NCBI GenBank assembly: GCA_024654535.1
Contig: JANLHL010000042.1
Span: 13,312-77,311, forward strand
Length of the DNA stretch: 64,000 nt
DNA from: Candidatus Roizmanbacteria bacterium
GTDB taxonomy: Bacteria; Patescibacteriota; Microgenomatia; UBA1406
Direction of reading: 5' to 3'
In this document: in pieces, positions 38,167 to 47,519 of the stretch
Layout of the letters: every line of letters starts with the position of its first letter
Position numbering within the stretch: the first letter of the stretch is position 1
Position numbers and translations under genes: made by a program
Notes under the pieces: generated by a model
What the model was told of the DNA's origin: nothing
The model's database searches: none
The model's input: only the letters and a program-made list of their open reading frames with translations

Positions 38167-39254
38167 CGAGTAACCTGATAGCTTTGGACTTTTTCAAGTA
38201 ATTCTTTTGCGTTTTTATCTGTTTCAAAATGGTGCCGTACTGGAGCGAGTAACTTGTCTAAATATAAAATGACTGCCTGTTTTAGGTCTGAAGGGTGAAG
38301 CTCTTTATTTCTAAATGTCTGTTCCAGCTCGTTGTGTGTTGAAAACCGTCGTGTTCCGCCGAATTTTTCTGGTCGTTCTATTACTATTTCATCAAAAGAT
38401 TCAAAGAGTATATATTTACAGTATTCGAGAATTGGGTTATTTTCAACAATTCCTTCAGGACAGTATGCTTTCGTTATTTTTCGACTAACGTCTTCTGTTG
38501 TATCGGTCATAAAGATTGCAGTATCTGGTTTTGATTTAGACATTTTTAGTTCGATTGTTTGATCGATTTTATTCTGTTTCGTTGAAACGGGCTTACCTAA
38601 GCCCATGAGCATATGGTGGCTGACGACCACCGGTTTCCAGTACCCAAGTTGTGGGCCTACTTCGCGGGCGAGCATATTCACTTTACGCTGGTCCATGCCT
38701 AGTTGCGTAATTTTTGCACCGAGCATAAATATATCTGCTACCTGCATACACGAGTATATGATGTGTGCACCGGTGAGGTTATCGAGCGATTCATCTCGTC
38801 CCATCATTTCTGCCGTTCGTACAAATCGCCTGAGTGCATTTGATTTGCCTACTTGGAGCACCAGTTTCCAGTACTCGGGATTCTTAGCCATATCTGAGGC
38901 CCAGTGAAACTCGACCATGTCCATATTCATTCCACAGGCCTTCCAAACTTCAATGAAGTACTTTCCAACAATTTTTATTTTTTCTAAATCGCCTCCCATT
39001 TTGTTATTTGCCATAGCGTGCCAGTCGGCGACCCACATCTTGAACTTTATGCCTGATCGGGTCATTTTATTTACATTTACGGCTTTGAGTATTCCTTGTG
39101 CAATATGGATCTGTCCAGAGGGCTCAAAACCATCGTAGGCAACAAGTTCTTCTCCAGATTCTAAGAGCTTTTTAAGCTCATCTGGTTGAATTATTTCCTC
39201 ACCAACAGTATCGATGAGGTTTATTCGTTCCTGTACGGTAAGTGAAGATTTCAT
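38163..39254 (-). CDS. tyrS: Tyrosine--tRNA ligase, archaeal/eukaryotic type
   Basis: YDGFEPSGQIHIAQG, ADWHA..N.K, MQVADIF, GMDQRKVNMLARE, KMSKS, LHP.DLK; no bacterial S4-like C-terminal domain. Confidence 0.92.
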   Translation of the reverse strand: MKSSLTVQERINLIDTVGEEIIQPDELKKLLESGEELVAYDGFEPSGQIHIAQGILKAVNVNKMTRSGIKFKMWVADWHAMANNKMGGDLEKIKIVGKYFIEVWKACGMNMDMVEFHWASDMAKNPEYWKLVLQVGKSNALRRFVRTAEMMGRDESLDNLTGAHIIYSCMQVADIFMLGAKITQLGMDQRKVNMLAREVGPQLGYWKPVVVSHHMLMGLGKPVSTKQNKIDQTIELKMSKSKPDTAIFMTDTTEDVSRKITKAYCPEGIVENNPILEYCKYILFESFDEIVIERPEKFGGTRRFSTHNELEQTFRNKELHPSDLKQAVILYLDKLLAPVRHHFETDKNAKELLEKVQSYQVTR

Positions 39255-39259
39255 ATTTT

Positions 39260-39847
39260 TTATTCTACCACAATACTGCCAAATTGACTCTGTTTTGTAT
39301 CGCAATAATCAAAACGTAATGGGTATGAACCAGTATTTTTTATTGTTATTGCGAGATTCACATTGTCCTGTAGGGTAAATTTTGAAGTGGAGATGAATAG
39401 GCAAAAATGGGCAGGGACATTTTTCACAGCGAGTATAAATTTATTACCCTTACGTATAGTGATACTTTGATTGTTATCCGAGAGAAAATTTATTATGTGC
39501 GTTGGCGTATCATTTGTCGTAACTATTTGGGGATTGTCATTATTGAATGCGGAATCTAGTGCGGACTGTGTTTTTGTTTCTACGAATGTGGTAACAGCAT
39601 TTGTTGTATCTTGTACAACTTTCTGTAACGAATTCTTTGTCTCTGTCTTGATGCTATTAGATTCATTTTGTATACTATTTGATGCTTTTTGTTTAATGTT
39701 TTTTGTAAATACACCCAAAACACTAGCAGGAGCTGCAAGTCTATTTTGTTGGAAATATCCAAGGAATAGTTGCTTGATACGAGGCTGTGTAAATATTACC
39801 GCTATAACGACTGCAAGTGCAAGTATAATCAAAGGTAATTTTTTCAT
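39260..39847 (-). CDS. Membrane-anchored hypothetical protein
   Basis: N-terminal TM, VLG motif, helical spacer, small beta C-terminal domain. Confidence 0.55.
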   Translation of the reverse strand: MKKLPLIILALAVVIAVIFTQPRIKQLFLGYFQQNRLAAPASVLGVFTKNIKQKASNSIQNESNSIKTETKNSLQKVVQDTTNAVTTFVETKTQSALDSAFNNDNPQIVTTNDTPTHIINFLSDNNQSITIRKGNKFILAVKNVPAHFCLFISTSKFTLQDNVNLAITIKNTGSYPLRFDYCDTKQSQFGSIVVE

Positions 39848-39923
39848 ATGAAATTAAGTATACCGTAGTTATCTTTGGTTAAACAAGATATTAAAAAAAC
39901 TATATTCATGAGAAAATGAATGA

Positions 39924-40781
39924 GTGGAAGAAGCTATTTATAAGACATTACACTATTTTGCTCTGTTTGATTACCCTCCGACTTTGGAGGAATCATGGAT
40001 GTTCCTAAGTAAGAAAATATCGAAAAAAAGTGCAAAACAGCTCTTTTCAAAGCTTATAACGGGCAAAAGGCTAATAACGGACGTGTACGGTACTCGTGTG
40101 ACGTTGCCAGGGTATTCGTCTTTTTTTTCCATACATAACCGAAGAAGTAAGATTTCAGAGCTGAAAAAGAAAAAAGCAGAATTATTTATTCATTTGCTAT
40201 CGTATTTTCCGTGGATACACCTCGCTGGCTATTCTGGTTCTGTGTCTATGGATAATGCAGTAGAGAGTGATGATATAGATGTATTTATTATCACTAAATC
40301 GCACAGAATGTGGACAGCACGTTTTTTTGCTGTTATTACAGCCTGGATATTGGGAATGAAGCGTCCTCGCAGCGTGAAGCGCTCAGCCGATACGATATGT
40401 TTGAACCTTTTTTTTGATGAAAGCGATATGCGTATTCCGGTTGTCAAACAGACTGCCTATGTGGCGCATGAAGTGTTACAGATGAAAGTGATTTTTCAAA
40501 AAAGTAGAACGTACGTACGTTTTATTGCGTCAAATAAATGGGTATTTTCTTACTATCCGAATGCAGCAGCCACTTTTATGGAACAAACGAGCATGAAAGA
40601 TATCGATATAAAGAATGTGTCGACAGGGCATAGTTTTATAGCAATGGGACGAATAGGGGAGTGGCTGTTACAAAGAGTTCAATTGGCAATCATGAAAAAA
40701 CCTCGGACAAAAGAACGTGTCGAAAAATCACAGCTGTGGTTTTTTCCAGACGATTTTGAAGATAAGGTAAGAAAGATATAG
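39924..40781 (+). CDS. Pol-beta-type nucleotidyltransferase-domain protein
   Basis: SGS.......SDDIDVFII motif; CLN.F, Y.AHE, N.W...Y.PN. Confidence 0.7.
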   Translation: MEEAIYKTLHYFALFDYPPTLEESWMFLSKKISKKSAKQLFSKLITGKRLITDVYGTRVTLPGYSSFFSIHNRRSKISELKKKKAELFIHLLSYFPWIHLAGYSGSVSMDNAVESDDIDVFIITKSHRMWTARFFAVITAWILGMKRPRSVKRSADTICLNLFFDESDMRIPVVKQTAYVAHEVLQMKVIFQKSRTYVRFIASNKWVFSYYPNAAATFMEQTSMKDIDIKNVSTGHSFIAMGRIGEWLLQRVQLAIMKKPRTKERVEKSQLWFFPDDFEDKVRKI

Positions 40782-40824
40782 TAGTAAAAAATTGTTATTG
40801 CGAGGAAGGAATGATTGAAGAAAT

Positions 40825-41196
40825 CTATATTTTCAGCTTTTTCAACAGCTTTTTCACTTCTGTATCATTTATTCTATGATATCTGCCTCTATGTGAAAGT
40901 AAGCTTCCTGAAAACGTTTTTGGTATATGCATAAGTTCGTGGATGAGTGTTTTTATTTGATCTTCATCTGATTGCCGATCAAAGCGTTCAGATATGACCT
41001 CTATTATATAGCTCGGTTTTATACCAACCACTTCGTTAAAGAGCTTTGGCATACCCCATATGCGAGCAATTGCGCGTGTTTTGCTACCGGTGCTTCGGAT
41101 GCAATATATCTGATCAACGGAAATATAATCCATAGCGAGTTTTTGTACCAGGTATACGATGGTTTTTTTGATTTCTGGAGCACGTGTATACTGCAT
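40825..41196 (-). CDS. Putative zinc metallopeptidase (HExxH)
   Basis: RS.GS...A.ARIWG, Y.IEV.SE.F, LIHELMHIP. Confidence 0.75.
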   Translation of the reverse strand: MQYTRAPEIKKTIVYLVQKLAMDYISVDQIYCIRSTGSKTRAIARIWGMPKLFNEVVGIKPSYIIEVISERFDRQSDEDQIKTLIHELMHIPKTFSGSLLSHRGRYHRINDTEVKKLLKKLKI

Positions 41197-41435
41197 ACCG
41201 AAGTGTAGCATATATTAGTGTAGCTGTTAATTATGCAGCAACAGTATGTATATATATTACATATATAGTACATATATAGATACACTTATTATATATAAAA
41301 TTACAGTTATAGGGTATGCACTATTGGCGATATATACTATCGTGACGACCTAGATGTATTTGAATAAGTAACTATTGACAAATTCCTGAAAGTATATACA
41401 TTTAATATATACATTATAAGTTAAACTCGAAAACC

Positions 41436-42068
41436 ATGAAGAACATGAGCAAAAAAAGAGTTCTCATAAGTATATTGCTTTTGCTTGGTCTCGTTGGAGG
41501 AGTAGCCGCAGGAACATATGCGTACTTCACAGCGACTCGTACGACGTCGGCAAACCGATTTGCCGCAGGTACGATAGACCTAAACGTCCTCAGCAATGGG
41601 GCAGCAGCAGAATCTTTTGTACTTGAGGTCCTAGGAGAAAATGGCAACATCGGTGGGAGCAAAGTGTGGACGGTGAAGAACGTCGGTACACTTCCTGCTC
41701 GCCTACTCGTTCGTCTAAAGAACGTAGTAAACGACGAGAATGGTTGTAACGATCCTGAAACGGAAGCAGAACCGAACTGTGCTTCAGATAACTTGGGCGA
41801 GCTTGGAGCAGTAGTGAACGCAAATGTTTCGCTTGATGGAACAGATGTGGTATCAACGACGCTTGCAACTGCGCAACAGGGTAAGGTGGGTACAGATTGG
41901 AACGCGCTGACACCTATCATCATGCAACCAGGAGAAGAAAGAACTGTGGGCATGAATTGGGCGACCGATGAGGCAGCCTACGGTAATGAGGTACAGAGTG
42001 ATAGCGTAGGGTTTGATATCGAGTTTCGACTAATCCAGCAAATAAGCGGACCAACACCGACGAACTAA
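41436..42068 (+). CDS. TasA/CalY (M73-like) SipW-cognate secreted protein
   Basis: Signal ...GTYAYFT, N.F.AGT.DL, V.N.GT.P, GNE.Q.D...FDI.F.L.Q: characteristic TasA-family pattern. Confidence 0.8.
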   Translation: MKNMSKKRVLISILLLLGLVGGVAAGTYAYFTATRTTSANRFAAGTIDLNVLSNGAAAESFVLEVLGENGNIGGSKVWTVKNVGTLPARLLVRLKNVVNDENGCNDPETEAEPNCASDNLGELGAVVNANVSLDGTDVVSTTLATAQQGKVGTDWNALTPIIMQPGEERTVGMNWATDEAAYGNEVQSDSVGFDIEFRLIQQISGPTPTN

Positions 42069-42094
42069 TCGGATAGAGTACGCGCTGGAAATAG

Positions 42095-42128
42095 TAGGAG
42101 CCTGCCCGCTTTGGCGAGCGGGCTCCTA
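42095..42128 (+). terminator. GC-rich stem-loop after TasA-like gene (partial terminator or mRNA stabiliser)
   Basis: taggagcctgcccgc-tttg-gcgagcgggctccta; no U-tract. Confidence 0.55.
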
Positions 42129-42141
42129 ACAATAAACAAAC

Positions 42142-42636
42142 ATGAAATTATTATCACGTGCATTTTCAATACTATCGTGGATTTTTATAGCAGTATTCGC
42201 CTTGCTATTGGGTATTACGTATCTCTCAAATCAAAATGTGGGGTTATTTAATATGCATTCATTTCTTGTACTTTCTGGTTCAATGGAACCGACCATTATG
42301 ACTGGGGATATTATAATAATTAGTTCACAACCAACCTATACACAGCGCGATGTGGTAACGTTCAAGAATGTTGATGAAAGAATCGTAACGCACAGACTGA
42401 TCAAAAAAGTCGAAGAGGGAAAAACAGTGCGCTTTGAGACAAAAGGAGATGCAAATAGATCTGAAGATGAGGATCTTATCCAGCCAGACCAAATATTGGG
42501 TAAGGTTGTATTAGTTATTCCCAAGTTGGGATATCTTGTAGCATTCAGTAAAACGGTACCCGGATTCATAGTGTTTATCGCCATCCCTGCATTCTTGCTC
42601 TTGGTTGGAGAAATACTCGACCGTTTGCATGGGTAA
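42142..42636 (+). CDS. sipW: Signal peptidase I, SipW/archaeal type
   Basis: VLSGSMEPTI.TGD, VTHR, TKGDAN...D, GKV...IP.LGY (Ser/His type). Confidence 0.9.
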   Translation: MKLLSRAFSILSWIFIAVFALLLGITYLSNQNVGLFNMHSFLVLSGSMEPTIMTGDIIIISSQPTYTQRDVVTFKNVDERIVTHRLIKKVEEGKTVRFETKGDANRSEDEDLIQPDQILGKVVLVIPKLGYLVAFSKTVPGFIVFIAIPAFLLLVGEILDRLHG

Positions 42637-43201
42637 TGTGCATACCAAAGTTGCTCTTGTCCTTATTTTAGTGATGGGTATATTTCTTATGCGTACACAA
42701 AGAACATCTGCAGACATATTTGATGAAGAAACAATAAGCGGCAACAAATTTGCGGCAACAACACTTGAGATATCTACGCGAAATAGTGCAACTTTTGATA
42801 AAGAAACTTCCTTTTTTCAGCTGAGCGGTATGAAAAATGGAGGTTTTGCTGTCCGAGGCTTGCGTATAAAGAAAGATGGAAAAATGAATTTTCACTATCA
42901 TTTGAGCTCGCACACAAATAGTGAATCAGGGAACCTTTGTCACGTCCTAACAGTATCTTTATATGACAAAACATTTCATCAAATATACAGTGGGGGATTG
43001 ACGAGTTTTCAAATGGATAGAGACATAGATTCGTCTGGTTTAGACGAATGGATAGTATTATTGGCACTCAATACTGACTTGACCGGTAGCTCGCACCTGT
43101 GTAATTTTGATATAGTTATTAAGACCTATCGTGTATCTGCTGACGAGAAAGGAGGCTTTTATGACAAAAAAATACTTCAAAACACCATTACTGCAAACTA
43201 A
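42629..43201 (+). CDS. SipW-cognate TasA/TapA-like protein
   Basis: Signal then TSA.IFDEE...GN.F.A.TL.I; C-terminal GF.D...L.NTI. Confidence 0.65.
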   Translation: MGNVHTKVALVLILVMGIFLMRTQRTSADIFDEETISGNKFAATTLEISTRNSATFDKETSFFQLSGMKNGGFAVRGLRIKKDGKMNFHYHLSSHTNSESGNLCHVLTVSLYDKTFHQIYSGGLTSFQMDRDIDSSGLDEWIVLLALNTDLTGSSHLCNFDIVIKTYRVSADEKGGFYDKKILQNTITAN

Positions 43202-43205
43202 CAGT

Positions 43206-43751
43206 ATGCCGAAGCTACTGTCGTTTATAGATAGTCCTTACTACTATTTCGTGGTTCTATTGTTTATTGTATTTTGTTTTAGTCTTTTTATTTTCTCACG
43301 TGAACTACCGGGGGGGTTGCGAATTATGACAGCAAAATCTGACTCTATGATTCCGGCAATTACGAAAGGTGATCTCATGGTTGTTAAGGATGAATACAAT
43401 TGGTATGAAAAAGGTGATATTGTAACGTTTTATGCACAGAAGCCAGATGGCACAGAGGAAATAGTAACACACCGGATTTATTCGGTTTCAGGAAACGTAT
43501 ACATAACGAAAGGCGACCACAATGAAGCGATTGATGAGCAAAAGCTCAGGCCACGACTTATCATCGGGAAAGTAATTACTGTTATACGAAGCGTGGGACA
43601 TATTGTAGTTTTTTTAAAAAGTCCTATGGGTCAACTTCTCAGTATCGTTTTCCCAGGGCTATTTTTTTCCAGTATTGAGGTATTGCGAATAATTGCATAC
43701 TTCAGACAACGTACGAAAGATTATACAATTGAAATCACCGATTATGACTAA
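43206..43751 (+). CDS. sipW: Second SipW-type signal peptidase I
   Basis: SDSM.P.I..GD, GDIVTF, VTHRI, TKGD.N...D, IGKV. Confidence 0.85.
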   Translation: MPKLLSFIDSPYYYFVVLLFIVFCFSLFIFSRELPGGLRIMTAKSDSMIPAITKGDLMVVKDEYNWYEKGDIVTFYAQKPDGTEEIVTHRIYSVSGNVYITKGDHNEAIDEQKLRPRLIIGKVITVIRSVGHIVVFLKSPMGQLLSIVFPGLFFSSIEVLRIIAYFRQRTKDYTIEITDYD

Positions 43752-45879
43752 AAAAATAACAGATTCTGCTCTCACGTTTGAAGAGTATAAGAAGCTTGTT
43801 TCTGCAAATCTTACTGTGTTAAGTCATTATCCGAATAATTGTGCTTTTTTTGATTACACACGTACCGATTTGGCACGAAAAGCATACAAACTGTACAAAA
43901 AGAGAAAACTTGTTCCTAAACTTCTTACGAAAGGATATTTGAGTTGTGCCATATTACCCACAGACATTTCAGATATGTCGATAGAACAGTTCAAGGCACT
44001 CCGTGGATTATATGGGGACGCTCTCACAAGACTTAGATTGATAGATGATAATTTTTTTAAACACTTGAAAAATGCCACATTAGAGAACGTCCTGAATACA
44101 GGAGGTGCCTGTGCGATTGAAAGCACAGATACAAAGATACTCAATACCTTTAGAAATAAGAAAAGGCCTGACCTTATCATTCCCTATATAAAAGAAATAG
44201 CTAAGGCAACCCCTACATGGTCTCAGATCACCGGGGCACTCGTTGCAATGAGAGGAGTAAATGTGATGTATGACGAAACGTATCCTTGGTATTTGAGATT
44301 TGAACAATATGGCATCACTGGAGCAGAAAAACTTGTAAAGCAAATATATGATGGAATATATTCTGCGGTTGTACGTTATGCAAAGCTGCAGAATCCAGAA
44401 AGCACTGTTATTCGTATCCCTTTTACTGATTTGAACTTAGAGAATGATGGCAGTTTGAGGGAATTGTATGAGCTTTATAAGGAAAATATACGTTCAATAG
44501 GGTTAGACAAAAAAAATAAGAGCGTCTTTATCTATAATTCCGATTTGAATAAGAAAATGTGGGTAGAGTATACCTATAGAGGTCCACGTATTTTAGAAAA
44601 GCTTAAAGGCGTTCTGCAAAAAAAATATCCCAAGGTATTTGATACATACAACATTAACAAGGCTGCGCTACATATTCGCTCAAAACAAATTGACCATTTA
44701 ACAATAGAGCGACAAGATTCATGGCTGTGTGACATAGTCTTGAATGGTAGTAGTACAAATAATCAGATGAAGAACCGCAAGATTACACATTTATTAAAAA
44801 TGTACAACAAGGTACACGGACTTGGACTTCTGATGTGGTTCAAGGATAACTACAGCACTGTACCAGTAGGGTTTGCTGGGATGCTCGATTTTGTATACGA
44901 GGGAAGTATGGTGCACGAGTACCCAAGGAAAACTCTGTTAGAAGATGTCCTTCAAGGCAAAGCACCCCTGCAATCGCTTACCGACTCTGTGTTTCGACCA
45001 AATGCAGCCAATATAAAAAAAGTTATCCTTTTCCTAAAAAAATACACATATACACCAAAGTTAACAGTGTCTAAAGATACGCTTAGTAATATTGATAGAC
45101 TTATCAGCCAAGAAAAGAAACTGCTTAATAAGATCAATAACCTCAATCTATTACTTTTCGATTTTGAACTGTATAACAGGTTGTGGATGCGCTATAGAGA
45201 GCGAGTAAATGGAAAAAATCAATTAGTAAAACAGGTAACGATAAATACCTTTTACTATAAAAATATACATGGCTCTGAATTATTTCGTTCCCTCGTTCGT
45301 CGATATAAGTATGATCATTTATTAATTCCATCGGGAAAAAATAAAGACGACGAGTGGAGAAGAAAAGCAGAGTCATCACTTGGTTCATTTTTATCAAAAA
45401 TAACAATCACTCATGAAAATCAGGCCAAAATAGAGTTTTCCATGATGTTCAATACTGACGACGACGTATTTGGAGATAAACTTTATGATCTTGTACGTAA
45501 AGAGTTTGTTATAGATAAAGACTATCTCAACAAACTGAAAGGTGAGTTAGCTGATGTGCGCAATAGTATAAATTCAATTGTAACAAAAATTGAGATTTCT
45601 GTTCCTCAGCTGGAACTGCTCTCAAATAAAGAGCCGGTACATATCTTACCCTTAGCCGATAATTATTTTGTTTCTTTTATGCAGCAGTTTTTGTTTGTCC
45701 CCAGTATTCGAACTGCCTATATTGAACTTACCGTTATTGAGCAAGAGAAGGGAAGTATAAAAGAAAAAGAAGAGAAAATAACAAAAACATGTCAAAAAGT
45801 ATTTCCAATAATCGAAAAACTACTGCTCTATGTTTTTAAAGGTGGAGTATATCCGCACCAAGAAAGATATTCCGTATAA
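43744..45879 (+). CDS. Large hypothetical cytoplasmic protein
   Basis: ~711 aa, Lys/Tyr-rich, no signal peptide; overlaps the sipW2 stop. Confidence 0.6.
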   Translation: MTKKITDSALTFEEYKKLVSANLTVLSHYPNNCAFFDYTRTDLARKAYKLYKKRKLVPKLLTKGYLSCAILPTDISDMSIEQFKALRGLYGDALTRLRLIDDNFFKHLKNATLENVLNTGGACAIESTDTKILNTFRNKKRPDLIIPYIKEIAKATPTWSQITGALVAMRGVNVMYDETYPWYLRFEQYGITGAEKLVKQIYDGIYSAVVRYAKLQNPESTVIRIPFTDLNLENDGSLRELYELYKENIRSIGLDKKNKSVFIYNSDLNKKMWVEYTYRGPRILEKLKGVLQKKYPKVFDTYNINKAALHIRSKQIDHLTIERQDSWLCDIVLNGSSTNNQMKNRKITHLLKMYNKVHGLGLLMWFKDNYSTVPVGFAGMLDFVYEGSMVHEYPRKTLLEDVLQGKAPLQSLTDSVFRPNAANIKKVILFLKKYTYTPKLTVSKDTLSNIDRLISQEKKLLNKINNLNLLLFDFELYNRLWMRYRERVNGKNQLVKQVTINTFYYKNIHGSELFRSLVRRYKYDHLLIPSGKNKDDEWRRKAESSLGSFLSKITITHENQAKIEFSMMFNTDDDVFGDKLYDLVRKEFVIDKDYLNKLKGELADVRNSINSIVTKIEISVPQLELLSNKEPVHILPLADNYFVSFMQQFLFVPSIRTAYIELTVIEQEKGSIKEKEEKITKTCQKVFPIIEKLLLYVFKGGVYPHQERYSV

Positions 45880-45923
45880 GCACATATTGACATTGTGTAG
45901 AGCATTTGCTACCTTTATTCTAT

Positions 45924-46493
45924 ATGAAGGTTTTTTTCGATGCAACATATCAAGGTCACCAGTTTTTCGGTGATTTCTATGAGGAAATTTATAACGAAAT
46001 TGCAAAGATAGGTCATACGCATCTTATTAATGATGCAATTCGCATGACCGAAGAAGTCTATAAAAAGGAACTTGGGAGTGACAGAAAAAAACAGAATGAC
46101 TATTATTCATATAAGATTGAAAATCTAAAGAAAGCGGATATTTGTATATTCGACGTAAGCTATCATAGCCTCGGGATAGGGTATATGATTCAGCGTTCAT
46201 TAGAGGAGGGAAAGCCAACGATCGCGCTCTTTCATAAGGATAATAATCCTATTTTCTTGGAGGGAATCGAAGATGAGCGTTTTTTTCTTATTCCTTATGA
46301 CAAAAATAATCTGAAAGAAGTACTTAAAAAATCTATAAGAAAAGCGAGTGATCTGAGAGATAAACGGTTTAATTTTTTTATTACGCCAAAACTTTTACGG
46401 TATCTGGATAAAGTAAGTAAGACAGATGGAATTACTAAGTCTGTCTTTATACGTAACCTGATACTAGAGCATATGAGAAGAAATTCTGCCTGA
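45924..46493 (+). CDS. Nucleoside 2-deoxyribosyltransferase-like domain + C-terminal ribbon-helix-helix
   Basis: MKVFF.A, ADICIFDVS..S.GIGY......GKP; RFNFFITP...KSVFIRNLI. Paralog of 14295..14849. Confidence 0.65.
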   Translation: MKVFFDATYQGHQFFGDFYEEIYNEIAKIGHTHLINDAIRMTEEVYKKELGSDRKKQNDYYSYKIENLKKADICIFDVSYHSLGIGYMIQRSLEEGKPTIALFHKDNNPIFLEGIEDERFFLIPYDKNNLKEVLKKSIRKASDLRDKRFNFFITPKLLRYLDKVSKTDGITKSVFIRNLILEHMRRNSA

Positions 46494-46542
46494 GTTTTCA
46501 CAAACATTTGACAAAAAATAATATTTTCCCCATAATGGTTTT

Positions 46543-47421
46543 ATGGATCAAACAGACGATCAACAAGTCACAAATCAAAACCAGGGTACGCCAACCGTTC
46601 CTGCTGTACAACCTCTCGCTTCTGACCCTGTCGTGCCGTCACCTGTTCAGCCAGTAGCGCCTTTGATGCAGGATGTTGGTAGTCTAGATAAAATAGATTT
46701 GAGCTCACAACAAGATATTAATCCAGACGATCTTCGAAATAAACTCAACGAAACATTACAACCACCCGTAGCACCGACGACAGATCCTATGTCTCAAGTA
46801 TCATCAAAAGAACCAGTAGCACAAGCACCTGTCGAACCAACTACAGTGCAGACTCCGGCACAAGAGTCATCGAGCCAGACAAGCGATGTAGTTTCCGAAC
46901 AGCATACTGAGGAAAAACAACCCGAGCCTACAGGAGCATCTGTTATAGTGTATACCATTGATAATTGCCCATTCTGTAAGGCTGAGAAAGATTATTTGAC
47001 TGCACATTCGATAGCTTTTGAAGAAAAAAGAGTTGATTCTAGTGAAGAAAATCTGAAAGAAATGTTGGCACTGAGCGATAATTTTGCTGGAGTTCCAGTT
47101 ACGCACCTAAAAGGTGTAAGTAGTCAGCGCGTTGTAAAAGGCTTTACAGAGACGGAATTTACACAAGAATTAATAGACGTGGGATTTTTGAAACCAGAGG
47201 AAGCTCCCGAAGCTTCTGAAGTTCAGCCCATTTCGACCACTGAGGCACCTGTAGAGCAATCAGCTGTACAAGCTACTCAAGATCCTATTTCTCAACAACC
47301 AGTGACGGCTCCAACATCAACCCCAGAAGCACCTGAGCAGCAATCACAACCAGTAATGAATCAGGAAACGCCTGTCGTTGCTGATCAAACTCCAAGTATC
47401 CCAGATTTCCCACAGAAATAA
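46543..47421 (+). CDS. Glutaredoxin/NrdH-like domain with long acidic Pro/Gln-rich disordered flanks
   Basis: VYT...CPFC, GVP, GF core at about residues 133-215. Confidence 0.75.
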   Translation: MDQTDDQQVTNQNQGTPTVPAVQPLASDPVVPSPVQPVAPLMQDVGSLDKIDLSSQQDINPDDLRNKLNETLQPPVAPTTDPMSQVSSKEPVAQAPVEPTTVQTPAQESSSQTSDVVSEQHTEEKQPEPTGASVIVYTIDNCPFCKAEKDYLTAHSIAFEEKRVDSSEENLKEMLALSDNFAGVPVTHLKGVSSQRVVKGFTETEFTQELIDVGFLKPEEAPEASEVQPISTTEAPVEQSAVQATQDPISQQPVTAPTSTPEAPEQQSQPVMNQETPVVADQTPSIPDFPQK

Positions 47422-47519
47422 GCTAGTCAGAAAATGCGCGTACACTTTCGATCTTTGATTCTTTGTTTTTGAAATTTATTTTTTATTGGATATTGAATAT
47501 TTCTCTGTATACTGTTTAT

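Noticed and set aside
41414..41953. 179-aa antisense ORF, plus many other short overlapping ORFs in the track
   Set aside because: Shadow frames of well-supported genes on the opposite strand or in another frame.
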